DNA from: a virus
Taxonomy: Duplodnaviria; Caudoviricetes
Length of the DNA: 50,413 nucleotides
Direction: 5' to 3' (one strand)
Virus record (IMG/VR): IMGVR_UViG_3300014501_001247
Location: 1-50,413 of that record
The notes below the pieces were generated by a model. It did not search any database. It saw only the letters and a list, made by a program, of their open reading frames with translations, and was not told the origin of the DNA. Shown here piece by piece: positions 25,708-34,864 of the stretch. A program made the translations under genes and the position numbers. Every line of letters starts with the position of its first letter. Within the stretch, counting starts at the first letter, position 1.

Positions 25708-27821
25708 GCGGCCGCCTTCGGGTGGGCAGCCTTCGGATGTGTGTAGCCGAGCACGCGCGGCGCTTCGCTCGCGATCTCGCCCGGCCAGGCGGCGTCGACC
25801 TCGGCCTGTGTGCTGAAGAGGAGATTGACGATCCAGCGGCCGGAGAGCTGATGTTCCGGCAGCACTTTCGTCGGCTTCGAGCCGTCGATCGGCAGCAGGA
25901 ACGTCTCGTAGCCCGCGCGCGCCATCAGCTCGCGCAGCGAAGCCTGCGAGCCGCCGAGTTTTTGCAGGCCGAACTCGTGCAGCTCGGCGACGATGAAGGG
26001 CGGCGGCGCCTCGAATAGCGAGGCCATCGCGCCTACGAGCACGCGCTGCTCGGCGCCTTCGGTGTCGATCTTGATCAGCCGCGGTTTGAGCCCGCGGACC
26101 GCGAGCTCGTGATCGAGCGTGGTCGCCTGCATCACCGAGCTCTGCGGCTTGTCCCGTGAGGCCTGGTTCGTTGGAAATTCGCCCGGATCCCACAGCGCAT
26201 TGCCGCCGCCACCGTCGGCGCACAGATGGAAAGTCACCGGCAAGTCGGTATCCGCTACAGGCTTCGCCACGATCTCGACATTGCCGAGCGCGCCGACCGC
26301 GGCGCTCAAGGCATCGAGGTTGTTCGAGCCGGGCTCGAAGGCCAGCACCTTGCCGGCCGAACCGACCAGCTCGGCGGCGAGCACGGCGTGCTCCCCGACA
26401 TTGGCGCCGACGTCGACGAAGCAATCGCCCGGCCGCAGCACGCGCTGCATCAAACTCTTGACGTCGGGCTCGTAGACACCGCCGATGGTGCCGCCCGAGG
26501 CCGCTGCTTTTTCGGCCTTCTCGGCCGAGTTCACGCCGGTATTGATGGCGCGCACGAAGGCGCGCTCCTGGTGCAGCTGCGCCACCGCAACGAGAACGCG
26601 CGCCATGACGCCGCGCCAGTCGCGCGGCCGCTGCTGCCGGAACAGCCGCATGCTCGGATACCACGGCGTGTCGTCGCGGCCGGAGAGCCAGCGCCAGTCG
26701 TTGAACAGCGGGATGAGCAGGAATGTCTTGACGCCGAGCGCGCCGGCGATGTGCGCGATCGCGGTGTCGACCGTCACCACCAGGTCGAGGTTCTGCAGCA
26801 CGGCGGCGGTGTGCGACCACTCGCCCTCGATCATGCCGGAGAGATCGCCGACGATCCTTTGCGCCCGCGCTTGCGCGAGTTCGGCGGCGGGCTTGCCGCA
26901 TTGGAGCGAGAACACGTCGTTGCGCGGGTCGGCGGCGAGGCCAACCATGTCGGTGAACGCCATCGAGCGGATGGCGTCATTGGGATGATCCTTGTTGCCG
27001 GCCCAGGCGATGCCGATCTTGAGGCCGGCCGCGCCGAGCCGGTCGTTCGAGGCCGCGGGCGTCAGCAGCCCCGGATCCGGCGGAATGGTGTCGGGCGTGA
27101 GCCCGTAGAGGAGTGGCAGGCTCGACAGGCAGATCTGCGCGTCGAAGACGGTGCCGGCCGGATAGAAGCAGCCGACGTCGGCGATCGAGCGGTAGCCGTG
27201 AAACAGCGGCACGGTGTGGGCGTCGGTCAGGAAAGTGACCTTGTCGGCGCGCTCGCGGGCCCACGGCAGGAAGCGCGCGAACATGACGCGATCGCCGTAG
27301 CCCTGGTCGCCCCACACGCAGAGGTGCCCGGTCTTCTTGCCGGTCCAGCGCGGCGCCGGCGGCGGCGGTGCGGTGCGCGGCAGGATCTCGGCGCGGAATT
27401 CGTAGAGCGGCAGGCCGCGCGCAAAATCGCCGGCGCGCAGATACGCCGCGGCAAGGTCGAACTTGGCCTGGCCGTGATCGGGCGCGAGCGTGAGCACGCG
27501 CTGGAAACAGTCGATGGCTTGCGCGAGCAGGCCGCGGTGGGTCTTGATGGTGCCCAGCATCTGCCAGGCGGAGACGATGCTGTCGCGCTGCGCGATCGCG
27601 GCGGTCAGCAGCGCCTCGGCCTCGTCATCCTCGCCGGCGCCGATCAATAGCGAAGCGAGATTGACGCGGCGCGCGAGCGCATTCGGATCGAGCGCCACGG
27701 CGCGGCGCGCGATCGCGATCGCGGTCTCGCTGGCGCCGTCCTTGGCGACGGCGAGCGCGACGTTGTTGAGGAGCCCGGAAAGAAGCTGTTGCTCCCCCGG
27801 CACCTGCGGCTGTTCTGGCAT
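25704..27821 (-). CDS. TPR repeat - GT9-like glycosyltransferase - FkbM methyltransferase fusion
   Basis: N-terminal TPR helices; WGDQGYGD..MF.RF, IGIAWAGN and LDLVVTVDTAIAHIAGALG...WRW...TPWYPSMRLFRQ; C-terminal FVDVGANVG..FEP and IKIDTEGAE (FkbM). Confidence 0.9.
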   Translation of the reverse strand: MPEQPQVPGEQQLLSGLLNNVALAVAKDGASETAIAIARRAVALDPNALARRVNLASLLIGAGEDDEAEALLTAAIAQRDSIVSAWQMLGTIKTHRGLLAQAIDCFQRVLTLAPDHGQAKFDLAAAYLRAGDFARGLPLYEFRAEILPRTAPPPPAPRWTGKKTGHLCVWGDQGYGDRVMFARFLPWARERADKVTFLTDAHTVPLFHGYRSIADVGCFYPAGTVFDAQICLSSLPLLYGLTPDTIPPDPGLLTPAASNDRLGAAGLKIGIAWAGNKDHPNDAIRSMAFTDMVGLAADPRNDVFSLQCGKPAAELAQARAQRIVGDLSGMIEGEWSHTAAVLQNLDLVVTVDTAIAHIAGALGVKTFLLIPLFNDWRWLSGRDDTPWYPSMRLFRQQRPRDWRGVMARVLVAVAQLHQERAFVRAINTGVNSAEKAEKAAASGGTIGGVYEPDVKSLMQRVLRPGDCFVDVGANVGEHAVLAAELVGSAGKVLAFEPGSNNLDALSAAVGALGNVEIVAKPVADTDLPVTFHLCADGGGGNALWDPGEFPTNQASRDKPQSSVMQATTLDHELAVRGLKPRLIKIDTEGAEQRVLVGAMASLFEAPPPFIVAELHEFGLQKLGGSQASLRELMARAGYETFLLPIDGSKPTKVLPEHQLSGRWIVNLLFSTQAEVDAAWPGEIASEAPRVLGYTHPKAAHPKAAA

Positions 27822-27831
27822 CCACTCCCCC

Positions 27832-27873
27832 AAAAAAGAAAAGCCCCCGGGCCGTTTTTTCGGTCCGGGGGCT
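27832..27873 (-). terminator. Rho-independent terminator after the capsid/head-fibre genes
   Basis: GCCCCCGG..CCGGGGGC stem followed by TTTTCTTTTTT on the minus strand. Confidence 0.85.
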
Positions 27874-27896
27874 CGGTCGTGCGGCTGAGAGGGCCG

Positions 27897-29267
27897 TTAG
27901 GCGTAGTCGGCGTCGAGGATCAGAACCCCGCTGCCGGTGGTGCGACCCTGGATGAACGAGACGAGACCGGCCGTGAGAGTGGCCGCGCACGTCACGTCGA
28001 GGGTGATCGCCTGGCTATTGCCCTGGAGCAAGCCACCAGACGAGATGGTGTGCGCACCCAGCGCCGAGTCGGTGATGGCGAAGCCGCCCGGCGTGAACGT
28101 CACGGTCGGGGCCTTGCGCATCACCGCCGGGAGCGGGATGTGCACCTGCGCGATCGATGCGGCCGAGTAGACCGCCGGGCCGACCGCCATGCCGACGGTG
28201 GGCTCGTTGAGGACCTGCAGGTAACGCGTGCACAGGTTCCACACCTCGGCTTCGTCCAGGTGCTCGTATGGCGACATGCCGCCGATCTCGACCTGGATGC
28301 CGCTGTGGAACAGCTGCTCGCTGGTGCCCGCCGTGGTTCCGGCGGCCGGCGTGTAGTACACGAGCCACGCGAGCTGCGTGGCGTTGGTCGGCACGACGCC
28401 GGCGAACGGCCCGACGCGGGTGGCCGTGGTCGAGGGCGTGATGGCGGCGGTCGCCACCGTCGAAGCCCCGGTCCAGGATCCCGAGCACAGGTCGGCGAAG
28501 GTGTCGTCGGTGCCGGTGCCGGCGATGAGCTGCATCACATAGACGCCGCCCGAGGCGCCCGCAGCCCAGCTCGTTCCCGCACGCACCCACTCGCTCATCG
28601 AGAGCGGCAGGCCTTGCAGGCGGATCGAGTCGTTGGTTTCGAACACCTGGCCGAAGGTCAGGCCGACCGTGTGCGTGTCGGTCGAGGAGCGACCCCACGC
28701 GAACGACTGGCCGAAACCGGCGACATTGGTGTCGGCGGTCTTCTGCACGGTCCACGAGGACGAAGTGCCGCCGATCGCGCAGAAGCGATCCGCGGTGAGC
28801 TTCGCCGTCGAGCCGCCGGAGAGCACGCCGGTGCCGAGCTGCCACGGATTGGTGGTGGCGTCGCCGGCGTCGATCAGGTTGCGCGGGTTGACGCCGAGCG
28901 AGGCGATCGGGAGATCGACCTCGGTAAGCGTCGCGACCCCCGAAGTGGTCGTGCCCGCGGCGGTGACCGCGGAGACCTGCATGCGCACCCAGGTCGGAGC
29001 GGAAGAGAACCGCGCCGTGATGCCCACGGTCGGAGGGAAGGTCACCGCGCCGAGCGCCGTGCCGCCGGTGGTGCTGGCGAAGTTCGTCAGCGTACCGGAG
29101 AACACGTCGACGATGTCGCCGAGCTTCACCCGTTTGTTGGTCGCGTCCGAGATGTAGCCCGAGGCCTGCACCGCGCCGACGGAGTCGGAGGTGTAGTAGA
29201 GCCAATAGGCGATCCCGGTCTCGAGGTCGTCGAGCACCTTGGAGAGGTTGCCGGTCAAATACGACAT
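27897..29267 (-). CDS. Capsid decoration / head-fibre protein with C-terminal carbohydrate-binding-like domain (456 aa)
   Basis: Immediately after the MCP; N-terminal W.Y.TSD....V.ASGY.SDA......GD.V; fibre-type NLID.GD....WQ.G..ADRF...CTRY...MRKAPTVT domain. Confidence 0.7.
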   Translation of the reverse strand: MSYLTGNLSKVLDDLETGIAYWLYYTSDSVGAVQASGYISDATNKRVKLGDIVDVFSGTLTNFASTTGGTALGAVTFPPTVGITARFSSAPTWVRMQVSAVTAAGTTTSGVATLTEVDLPIASLGVNPRNLIDAGDATTNPWQLGTGVLSGGSTAKLTADRFCAIGGTSSSWTVQKTADTNVAGFGQSFAWGRSSTDTHTVGLTFGQVFETNDSIRLQGLPLSMSEWVRAGTSWAAGASGGVYVMQLIAGTGTDDTFADLCSGSWTGASTVATAAITPSTTATRVGPFAGVVPTNATQLAWLVYYTPAAGTTAGTSEQLFHSGIQVEIGGMSPYEHLDEAEVWNLCTRYLQVLNEPTVGMAVGPAVYSAASIAQVHIPLPAVMRKAPTVTFTPGGFAITDSALGAHTISSGGLLQGNSQAITLDVTCAATLTAGLVSFIQGRTTGSGVLILDADYA

Positions 29268-29278
29268 GCGCGCCTCCC

Positions 29279-30124
29279 TTAAGACGTCGCCACATAGGCC
29301 GAGCCGTCATGCCGAACGAGGACCACGCCTCGGTTCTGCAAGAGGGTCGAACCCATGTATGCGGTGGTGCGGGCCCAGCTGTAGTCCTGCTCTTCGTGAT
29401 AGCCGGCGAGGGCCTGCATTTCGCCGGTGTTCACCGCGTGGCCGACGGCGTAGCGGTGATAGAAGAACAGCGTCTCGGCATTGGTGCCGACGCCCGGAAC
29501 GAGCGGGTGCTCGATGACGTTGAAGCCGTTCCAGCGGCGGAAGCGTCGAGCGGGCCCGTTGAGGGGCTTCACTTCGGCAATTTCCGAGCTGTTGAACTCC
29601 TTCAACTGGAGCAGATAGCCCATGGCCGCGGGCGAGACGACCGCGTACATGTTGTCGATCTCTTGGATCGGCACCTGGTTGAGCCCGAGCACAACGCGCG
29701 CGCGGACAAACATCGCCAGCGTCATCGTCGCCGCCGACGTGCCGATGTAGTTGGTCCCGGTCGCCAAGGCCGACATGATGTCGAGGTCGGTCTTGCGGTT
29801 CAGCACGTAGCGCGTGGTGCGCTGCATGATGGAGCGGCCGTCGCCCTGCGAGGCGAAGATGTTGAAGCTGGTCCGGCGGACCAGGTCGTGCCATTCCACG
29901 AGCGTCGTCGTGTATTGGTTTAGATCGTCCATGCGTGCGGGGATGAACCCGTTCACGCCGCGGTTGGAGGCCGAAGCGCCGCCCGAATCGGCGACCAGGA
30001 ACACCGCCTGGTTGCCCTTGATCGTGACTTCGGTGCAGACGGAGGTTCTCAGATCGGACTGGCCGAACTCGAACCCGTCGACGGTCTCCTTCCGATATTG
30101 GACAATGAAGGCCGTATCGGACAT
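29279..30124 (-). CDS. Major capsid protein (281 aa)
   Basis: Position after the scaffold; TAFIVQY..E....FE.GQS.LR, NRK.D..I and W.GF..I.HP motifs of podovirus MCPs. Confidence 0.88.
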   Translation of the reverse strand: MSDTAFIVQYRKETVDGFEFGQSDLRTSVCTEVTIKGNQAVFLVADSGGASASNRGVNGFIPARMDDLNQYTTTLVEWHDLVRRTSFNIFASQGDGRSIMQRTTRYVLNRKTDLDIMSALATGTNYIGTSAATMTLAMFVRARVVLGLNQVPIQEIDNMYAVVSPAAMGYLLQLKEFNSSEIAEVKPLNGPARRFRRWNGFNVIEHPLVPGVGTNAETLFFYHRYAVGHAVNTGEMQALAGYHEEQDYSWARTTAYMGSTLLQNRGVVLVRHDGSAYVATS

Positions 30125-30159
30125 GACAGATTGCTCATCGTCATGAGTGCGATGCCTCC

Positions 30160-30297
30160 GTTCCGGTTGTCCGAGCGCGCAGCGCCGCGGGTTGTCGGCG
30201 ATCTAAAATCGCCGGGCCGCTTTGATGCCGCTCGGGGCTTTACGTGGGCGGGTGGTTTTCACCGCCTCGGGCCGCGGGTGCGGGTTGTCGAGGCGCG
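30160..30297 (-). ncRNA. Putative structured cis-regulatory RNA in the capsid-gene leader
   Basis: Three helices each carry the same asymmetric internal loop (CC opposite ACAAC); GGTTGTC at 30165, 30190 and 30283 on the + strand. Confidence 0.55.
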
Positions 30298-30497
30298 GGA
30301 AACTTGGTCTCGGTGTGCGCGCGGGGCGCAGCTCAATCCGGCGTGGGAAGGCTCACGCCACGAAAATCCCATGAAGTGATAGACGCGGCCCGGCTCGAGC
30401 ACGCACGTGCCGCGGTAGCTGTCGGCGTGCGTCGGGCTGGCGAGCGTCAGTACCGCGACGGCGAGCGCGGCGCGTTTCATGCGACGGGCTCGAGCGG

Positions 30498-31715
30498 CTA
30501 AGCCGCGCGCGCCTTCATCTTGGCCTGCGTGTCGATCAGCTCGCGCTGGCGGGCATCGAGCCCGGGCTTGCCGTCGTGGCCGTAATAGGCGCGGTGTGCC
30601 TCGCGGTCGCCGCCGATCGCCTTGAGGTAGGTCTCGCGGATCGAGGCGATCTCGCTGTCGATGAACTGGCCGGCGTTCGGCGTGCCGGGCGGCACGATGG
30701 TCGACTGCGGAAACATCTCGCGCGAGAGCTGCGTCAGAAACCGGCAGGCGTTCGGATCGTCGCCGAGAATGCGCCCGTTAGGGAGCCGCGCCATAAGGAT
30801 CGCGGTGCCAAGGCCGTCGGGCGTGAGACCACCCGGCGCCATCTCCATCAGGTTGCCGATGGCGCGCTGGTTCTGCTTGGTCTCGGTGCCCCATTCCTGC
30901 GCCAGCTCGGCGAGCGTGGTGTCGTGGAAGGTCTGATCGGCTTCCGCGCGCGCGGCCGCCTGCTGATCCTGTACGCCGTAGTACCAGTCGACCATGCTGT
31001 TGAAGGCATCCTGCGGGACGTTCGCCGCCGCGGCCGCCTTGGAAAAACTCTCGACCAGCGGCTTGTCGGCGTCGGAGATCACAAGCCCGTCGCCGAGCTT
31101 CATGTCCTTGACGTAGGCCTCCGCCGTCTCCGGGAGGCCCTGCTCCTTGCGCCAGGCGGCGATCTGCTCGGGCTTGGCGTCGGCCGCGAGCGGCTTCGGC
31201 GCCGCCTTGAGCTCGCCGGCCGCCACCTTCAGCCGCAGCTGCTCGTAGCTGTCGAACATCGCGCGCGGCGAGGCGAAGCGCTCGAGCGTCTTGAGCAAGG
31301 CCTTGTCGTCGCCGGCAATCGACTGGCGCCAGTCCGACGTGCCGCCGGTACCGGCGGCCGCAGCGGCGCGCGCGGCCGCGGCTGCCGCGTCGGCGCCGCC
31401 CGCTACAGTATCTCGACCAGATCCAGCGCCGGCACCCTCGGCTTTTCCCCCCTTGCTATCCGCTCCACCCGCGCCTGCATCAGCGCCAGCTGCACCGCCG
31501 CCTTGACCAGATCCCGCACCTGCGTCTTGTGCGCCGCCAGCTGCGGCTGCGGTCCCGCCGCCAGCTCCGGCGCCAGCTCCAGTGTCACGCACACCAGCAG
31601 CTGTCCCGCCTCCACCGCCACTACCGGCATTGTCACCTCCCTTGCCCTCTCCGGCTTCCGGATAAGGAGCAAACAAAGCAAGCGGGCTCGCCCCGCCGAA
31701 CAGACGCAGAGACAT
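30498..31715 (-). CDS. Capsid scaffolding protein with Gly/Ala-rich N-terminus (405 aa)
   Basis: GAGGTG RBS; DWRQ...LERFASP, WRK.QGLPE...Y and L.QEWG motifs; located between portal and MCP. Confidence 0.8.
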   Translation of the reverse strand: MSLRLFGGASPLALFAPYPEAGEGKGGDNAGSGGGGGTAAGVRDTGAGAGAGGGTAAAAGGAQDAGAGSGQGGGAAGADAGAGGADSKGGKAEGAGAGSGRDTVAGGADAAAAAARAAAAAGTGGTSDWRQSIAGDDKALLKTLERFASPRAMFDSYEQLRLKVAAGELKAAPKPLAADAKPEQIAAWRKEQGLPETAEAYVKDMKLGDGLVISDADKPLVESFSKAAAAANVPQDAFNSMVDWYYGVQDQQAAARAEADQTFHDTTLAELAQEWGTETKQNQRAIGNLMEMAPGGLTPDGLGTAILMARLPNGRILGDDPNACRFLTQLSREMFPQSTIVPPGTPNAGQFIDSEIASIRETYLKAIGGDREAHRAYYGHDGKPGLDARQRELIDTQAKMKARAA

Positions 31716-31810
31716 CGGTCACCTCAGATTAAAGCGAAACAAAAAAACGCTGCCGCGGCCAACCGGGGGAGCCGGCGGCTATTGGGATTTGCCCGGCGAG
31801 ACGTGCTGGA

Positions 31811-32176
31811 CTAGTCCGCCGGCGCGGCGCCTCGTGCGGACGGCTCGGGGCCGACCGGATAGGCATTGGGGCCTTCGCCGCGCACCTGCGGCGTCACGGC
31901 ATGAAGCTGCGAGGTCTTGACGAGCTGCAGGCCGACGAACCGTTTGCCCTCGGCGAACACCGTGCCGCGCTCGCCGCCGAGCCCATCGGGCCGGAACGAC
32001 AGGTCGCGGATGCCGCAGAACTCGAACAGGATCGTCTCGACGGCGAGCAGCTGCTGGCCTTGATTGGCGGTGCCGGTGAACAGCGCCTTTATGGCGCCGA
32101 CGCGCGGATCGCCGAGCTCGAGCATCACCGGCGCCCATGGCGGCGGCGATTTGCGCTGCGCCGTGCGTTCGGTCAC
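31811..32176 (-). CDS. Bbp19-like phage protein (121 aa)
   Basis: GTGA-coupled to the portal; SFRP.....T.FAEGKRFVGLQL motif. Confidence 0.7.
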   Translation of the reverse strand: MTERTAQRKSPPPWAPVMLELGDPRVGAIKALFTGTANQGQQLLAVETILFEFCGIRDLSFRPDGLGGERGTVFAEGKRFVGLQLVKTSQLHAVTPQVRGEGPNAYPVGPEPSARGAAPAD

Positions 32177-33849
32177 GTCATGCCCGCCTGCTGCAGCGCC
32201 TTGGCGGCGTTGCCGGCGCTTTGCGCGGCCTTGCCGACGCGGGTCGCCATGTCGGTGCCTTGCGCCACCTGCGCGGCCGCCTGCTGGCGCGCCTGCGCAT
32301 CGGCGTTCTGCTGCTTGATCTTCGCCACCTGGTCGAGCGGCAGGATCCAGTCGGCCGGCGAGCCGCCGCCGTAGAGCGCGTCGCGGTAGGCCTTGTCGAT
32401 GTCGAGGTTGACGCTGACGTCGGGCTTGACCTGCGCGGCCTCGACCGTGATCTGGATGGCGTCGCGGAAGGCCTGCGCCTTGGCGCGCTCGGCCGCGGCC
32501 TGCAGCGGGGTGTCGAACTGGAAGCGGATCTCCTGGCCGCGCAACGCCTGCGGCATGTCGTAGACCGAGCCGAACGCGCCCATGTCGAGCAGCGTGTCGA
32601 ACGCCATCTCGCAGACCTGGCCGTTGTTCTCCTCGGCCATCGGCTCGATCAGCGGGATCGCCTTGCGAATGAATTCCTCGTAGAGCCGCTGCGACTCGGT
32701 CGCGGTCATCTCCTTGGAGATGGTCGGAAACTGCAGTGCCGAATTGAAGAAGGTCTCCTGGAGGATCTTCTCCAGCCGCTCCTCGCGCGCGGCGCCGAAC
32801 TGCAGACCGCGGAACTCGAGCTGCATCGGGCGCAGCACCTCGCCCATGCGCTCGTCGTAGTCGGCGTCGGTCCAGGTGATGCCGCCGGCGAACAGGTTGG
32901 TGCCGCCGTTGATGGCCTCGCCGACCGCGATCATCGGCGGGTCGACCGACTTCTGGCCGGCCTCGAGCAGCGTCAGTGTCATCTGCTGAAACATCCGGGC
33001 GTCCGGCAGCCCGTACACTGTCGCCGGCGAATAGGCGTAGGGCGAGCCCATCAGCGAATTCGAGCAGCGCTCCCAGCGCGAGATGATGTACTGCCGGCGC
33101 TTGACCGGACGCTCCTCGAGCAGCGTCTCGTTCTCGATGTCGACATAGATCGACACCCACGGCCGGCCGCGCGTCACCTTGAGCGGCAGGTCGTAATCCT
33201 CGGCCCGCATCATGATGTGGCGGCAGTTGATCTCCTTGAGCAGCTCCTCGTCCTTGAGGCTCGCGACCTCGGTGCCGATGGTCTTGGGAAACAGCTTCTG
33301 CATCTCGAAGCCCTTCGGCTTCCAGTTGCGGTCGATCTCGTTGATCTCGCAGTAGCTGTCCTCGGACCAGGCGGTATCGCGCAGGTGCCAGGAGCGGAAG
33401 ATCAGCCCGTCGAGCTCGCGGCGCGGCTCGCAGGTCATGATGCCGTTTCCGAACGCGGTCCAGTCGCCGTCGAGCTCCTTCGCCGCGGCGGTGAAGTTGG
33501 CGCGGCGGTCGTACATGAAACGGCGCTGCTGCGCCGAGAGCCAGTCGAGAAAGCGCTTGTTGGTGAGGTCGTCGTTGACCTTGTCGTCGAGGGTACGCGC
33601 ATGCAGCCACTGCTGGTCGCGCGGCCGCAGCATGGCGCCGACGGCGTTCTTGAGGTCGCGGTGCGCCATCGCCGGCCGCCCGCTCATCAGGAACGAGGCA
33701 AACTCCTCGCTCGGATAGCGCGCCCGGGTGAAGTCGGCGCGCATGACATGAAAATTCTCGGCTATGGCCTGGCACAGCGACATCATCGGCATGCGCTGCG
33801 AGAACATCGCGTCGCCCTTGCGAAGAAGGTCGAGCACGCGCTGGCGCAA
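32173..33849 (-). CDS. Portal (head-to-tail connector) protein
   Basis: WLH, D..AFGNG, RW......YAYSP....LPD and MTATE..R.EE motifs of T7/BPP-1-type portals; TTG start is uncertain. Confidence 0.92.
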   Translation of the reverse strand: MRQRVLDLLRKGDAMFSQRMPMMSLCQAIAENFHVMRADFTRARYPSEEFASFLMSGRPAMAHRDLKNAVGAMLRPRDQQWLHARTLDDKVNDDLTNKRFLDWLSAQQRRFMYDRRANFTAAAKELDGDWTAFGNGIMTCEPRRELDGLIFRSWHLRDTAWSEDSYCEINEIDRNWKPKGFEMQKLFPKTIGTEVASLKDEELLKEINCRHIMMRAEDYDLPLKVTRGRPWVSIYVDIENETLLEERPVKRRQYIISRWERCSNSLMGSPYAYSPATVYGLPDARMFQQMTLTLLEAGQKSVDPPMIAVGEAINGGTNLFAGGITWTDADYDERMGEVLRPMQLEFRGLQFGAAREERLEKILQETFFNSALQFPTISKEMTATESQRLYEEFIRKAIPLIEPMAEENNGQVCEMAFDTLLDMGAFGSVYDMPQALRGQEIRFQFDTPLQAAAERAKAQAFRDAIQITVEAAQVKPDVSVNLDIDKAYRDALYGGGSPADWILPLDQVAKIKQQNADAQARQQAAAQVAQGTDMATRVGKAAQSAGNAAKALQQAGMT

Positions 33850-33853
33850 GGGA

Positions 33854-34399
33854 TTAGCCCCGCATCACGATCAGCGGTGGCAGCGCCTGCTCGTCAAAGC
33901 GGCCGCTCGCCCAAATCACGGCGCCAAGACCTGGTTCAATCGGCGCGCCGGCCTTGCCGACAGACCGGAAGTCCCAGATCATCTCGCCCGCGGGAATGTG
34001 GTCCGGATCGACCTGCCCGAGCGGGCCGAACGCCACGCCATCGAGATCGATCAGATACTTCTGGTCCGGCGCGCGCGCCTTGCCGAGCTTCGCCGCGGCG
34101 TAGACGCCATCGGATCGCGTGGCCTGGCGCATGCTATCGAGCGACACAACCCGGCCACCGACGGGCTCCTCGGCTGCAATCGCTCGCACATCAACCTCGC
34201 TAAACCCGATCACGCGCGGCACGCCGGCGAGCGCGATCTCGATCGGCGCGTCGACGCCATAGGCAAGATCGAACGCCATCGCCGCCATGCGCAGCCAGGC
34301 GAGGCGGCGCTCGAGCGGGAAGGCGCCCTGACCGGGCGGCCCGAGCTCGGCGAACAGCGCAGCGATCATCGCGTGCGGCTTCGGCGCCGGCTTGCTCAT
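33854..34399 (-). CDS. Hypothetical protein (181 aa)
   Basis: HAMIAALFAEL.PPG..FP...R.AWL.MA..AFDL.YG; packs between neighbouring genes. Confidence 0.65.
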   Translation of the reverse strand: MSKPAPKPHAMIAALFAELGPPGQGAFPLERRLAWLRMAAMAFDLAYGVDAPIEIALAGVPRVIGFSEVDVRAIAAEEPVGGRVVSLDSMRQATRSDGVYAAAKLGKARAPDQKYLIDLDGVAFGPLGQVDPDHIPAGEMIWDFRSVGKAGAPIEPGLGAVIWASGRFDEQALPPLIVMRG

Positions 34400-34403
34400 G
34401 CGT

Positions 34404-34646
34404 TCACCCCGAGAGCTTGCTGGCGCTGTAGGCGCCGCCACCGCCGGCAATGGTCTGGCCGGCGCCGCGGCTCGCGCCGCCCATGCCGCCCGCGGTAGTC
34501 AGCGTGGTCGAGGAGCGCCCGGCCTTGTTGGCCTTGGCCATCGCCGCCTGCTGCGTCGCGACAAACGACGGATCGTTCGGGTCGGGCATCGCCACGGGCG
34601 GCGTCAACGCCGGAGGCGCCGGCGTCTTCGCGAACATACTCGTCAT
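34404..34646 (-). CDS. Small virion-associated protein upstream of the portal (80 aa)
   Basis: Pro-rich MPDP...GR.ST.LT...LSG C-terminus typical of the small pre-portal gene of podoviruses. Confidence 0.7.
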   Translation of the reverse strand: MTSMFAKTPAPPALTPPVAMPDPNDPSFVATQQAAMAKANKAGRSSTTLTTAGGMGGASRGAGQTIAGGGGAYSASKLSG

Positions 34647-34648
34647 GA

Positions 34649-34864
34649 TCAGCCTTTGCGCTTGAGCCCGGCAAAGCCGAGATTGACCTCGCGCTGCCAA
34701 TGCGGCCGCGGCGACGCTGGCGGCATCGCCGGATCGCGGCCGCACTCGCGCGGCTCGTCCTCGCCCGGGCACAGAAACTTCGCCCCGCGCGGCGGCTCGC
34801 AGCGCTCGGGCTTCTGGTCCGAGTAGGCGATTGCCTCTTCGCCAGCAGTGCGGAAGCGTCCCAT
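34649..34864 (-). CDS. Hypothetical protein (71 aa) ending in a copy of the terminase C-terminal motif
   Basis: TGATG coupling to terL, GGAGG RBS; ends VNLGFAGLKRKG. Confidence 0.5.
   Translation of the reverse strand: MGRFRTAGEEAIAYSDQKPERCEPPRGAKFLCPGEDEPRECGRDPAMPPASPRPHWQREVNLGFAGLKRKG

Noticed and set aside
30259-30480. 73-aa ORF with signal-peptide-like start between scaffold and MCP
   Set aside because: No clear RBS, and its 3' part runs into the structured leader; it may be real but cannot be supported.
31741-31780. Possible terminator before the scaffold gene
   Set aside because: A T7 tract is present on the minus strand, but the stem is bulged and separated from it; too weak to call.
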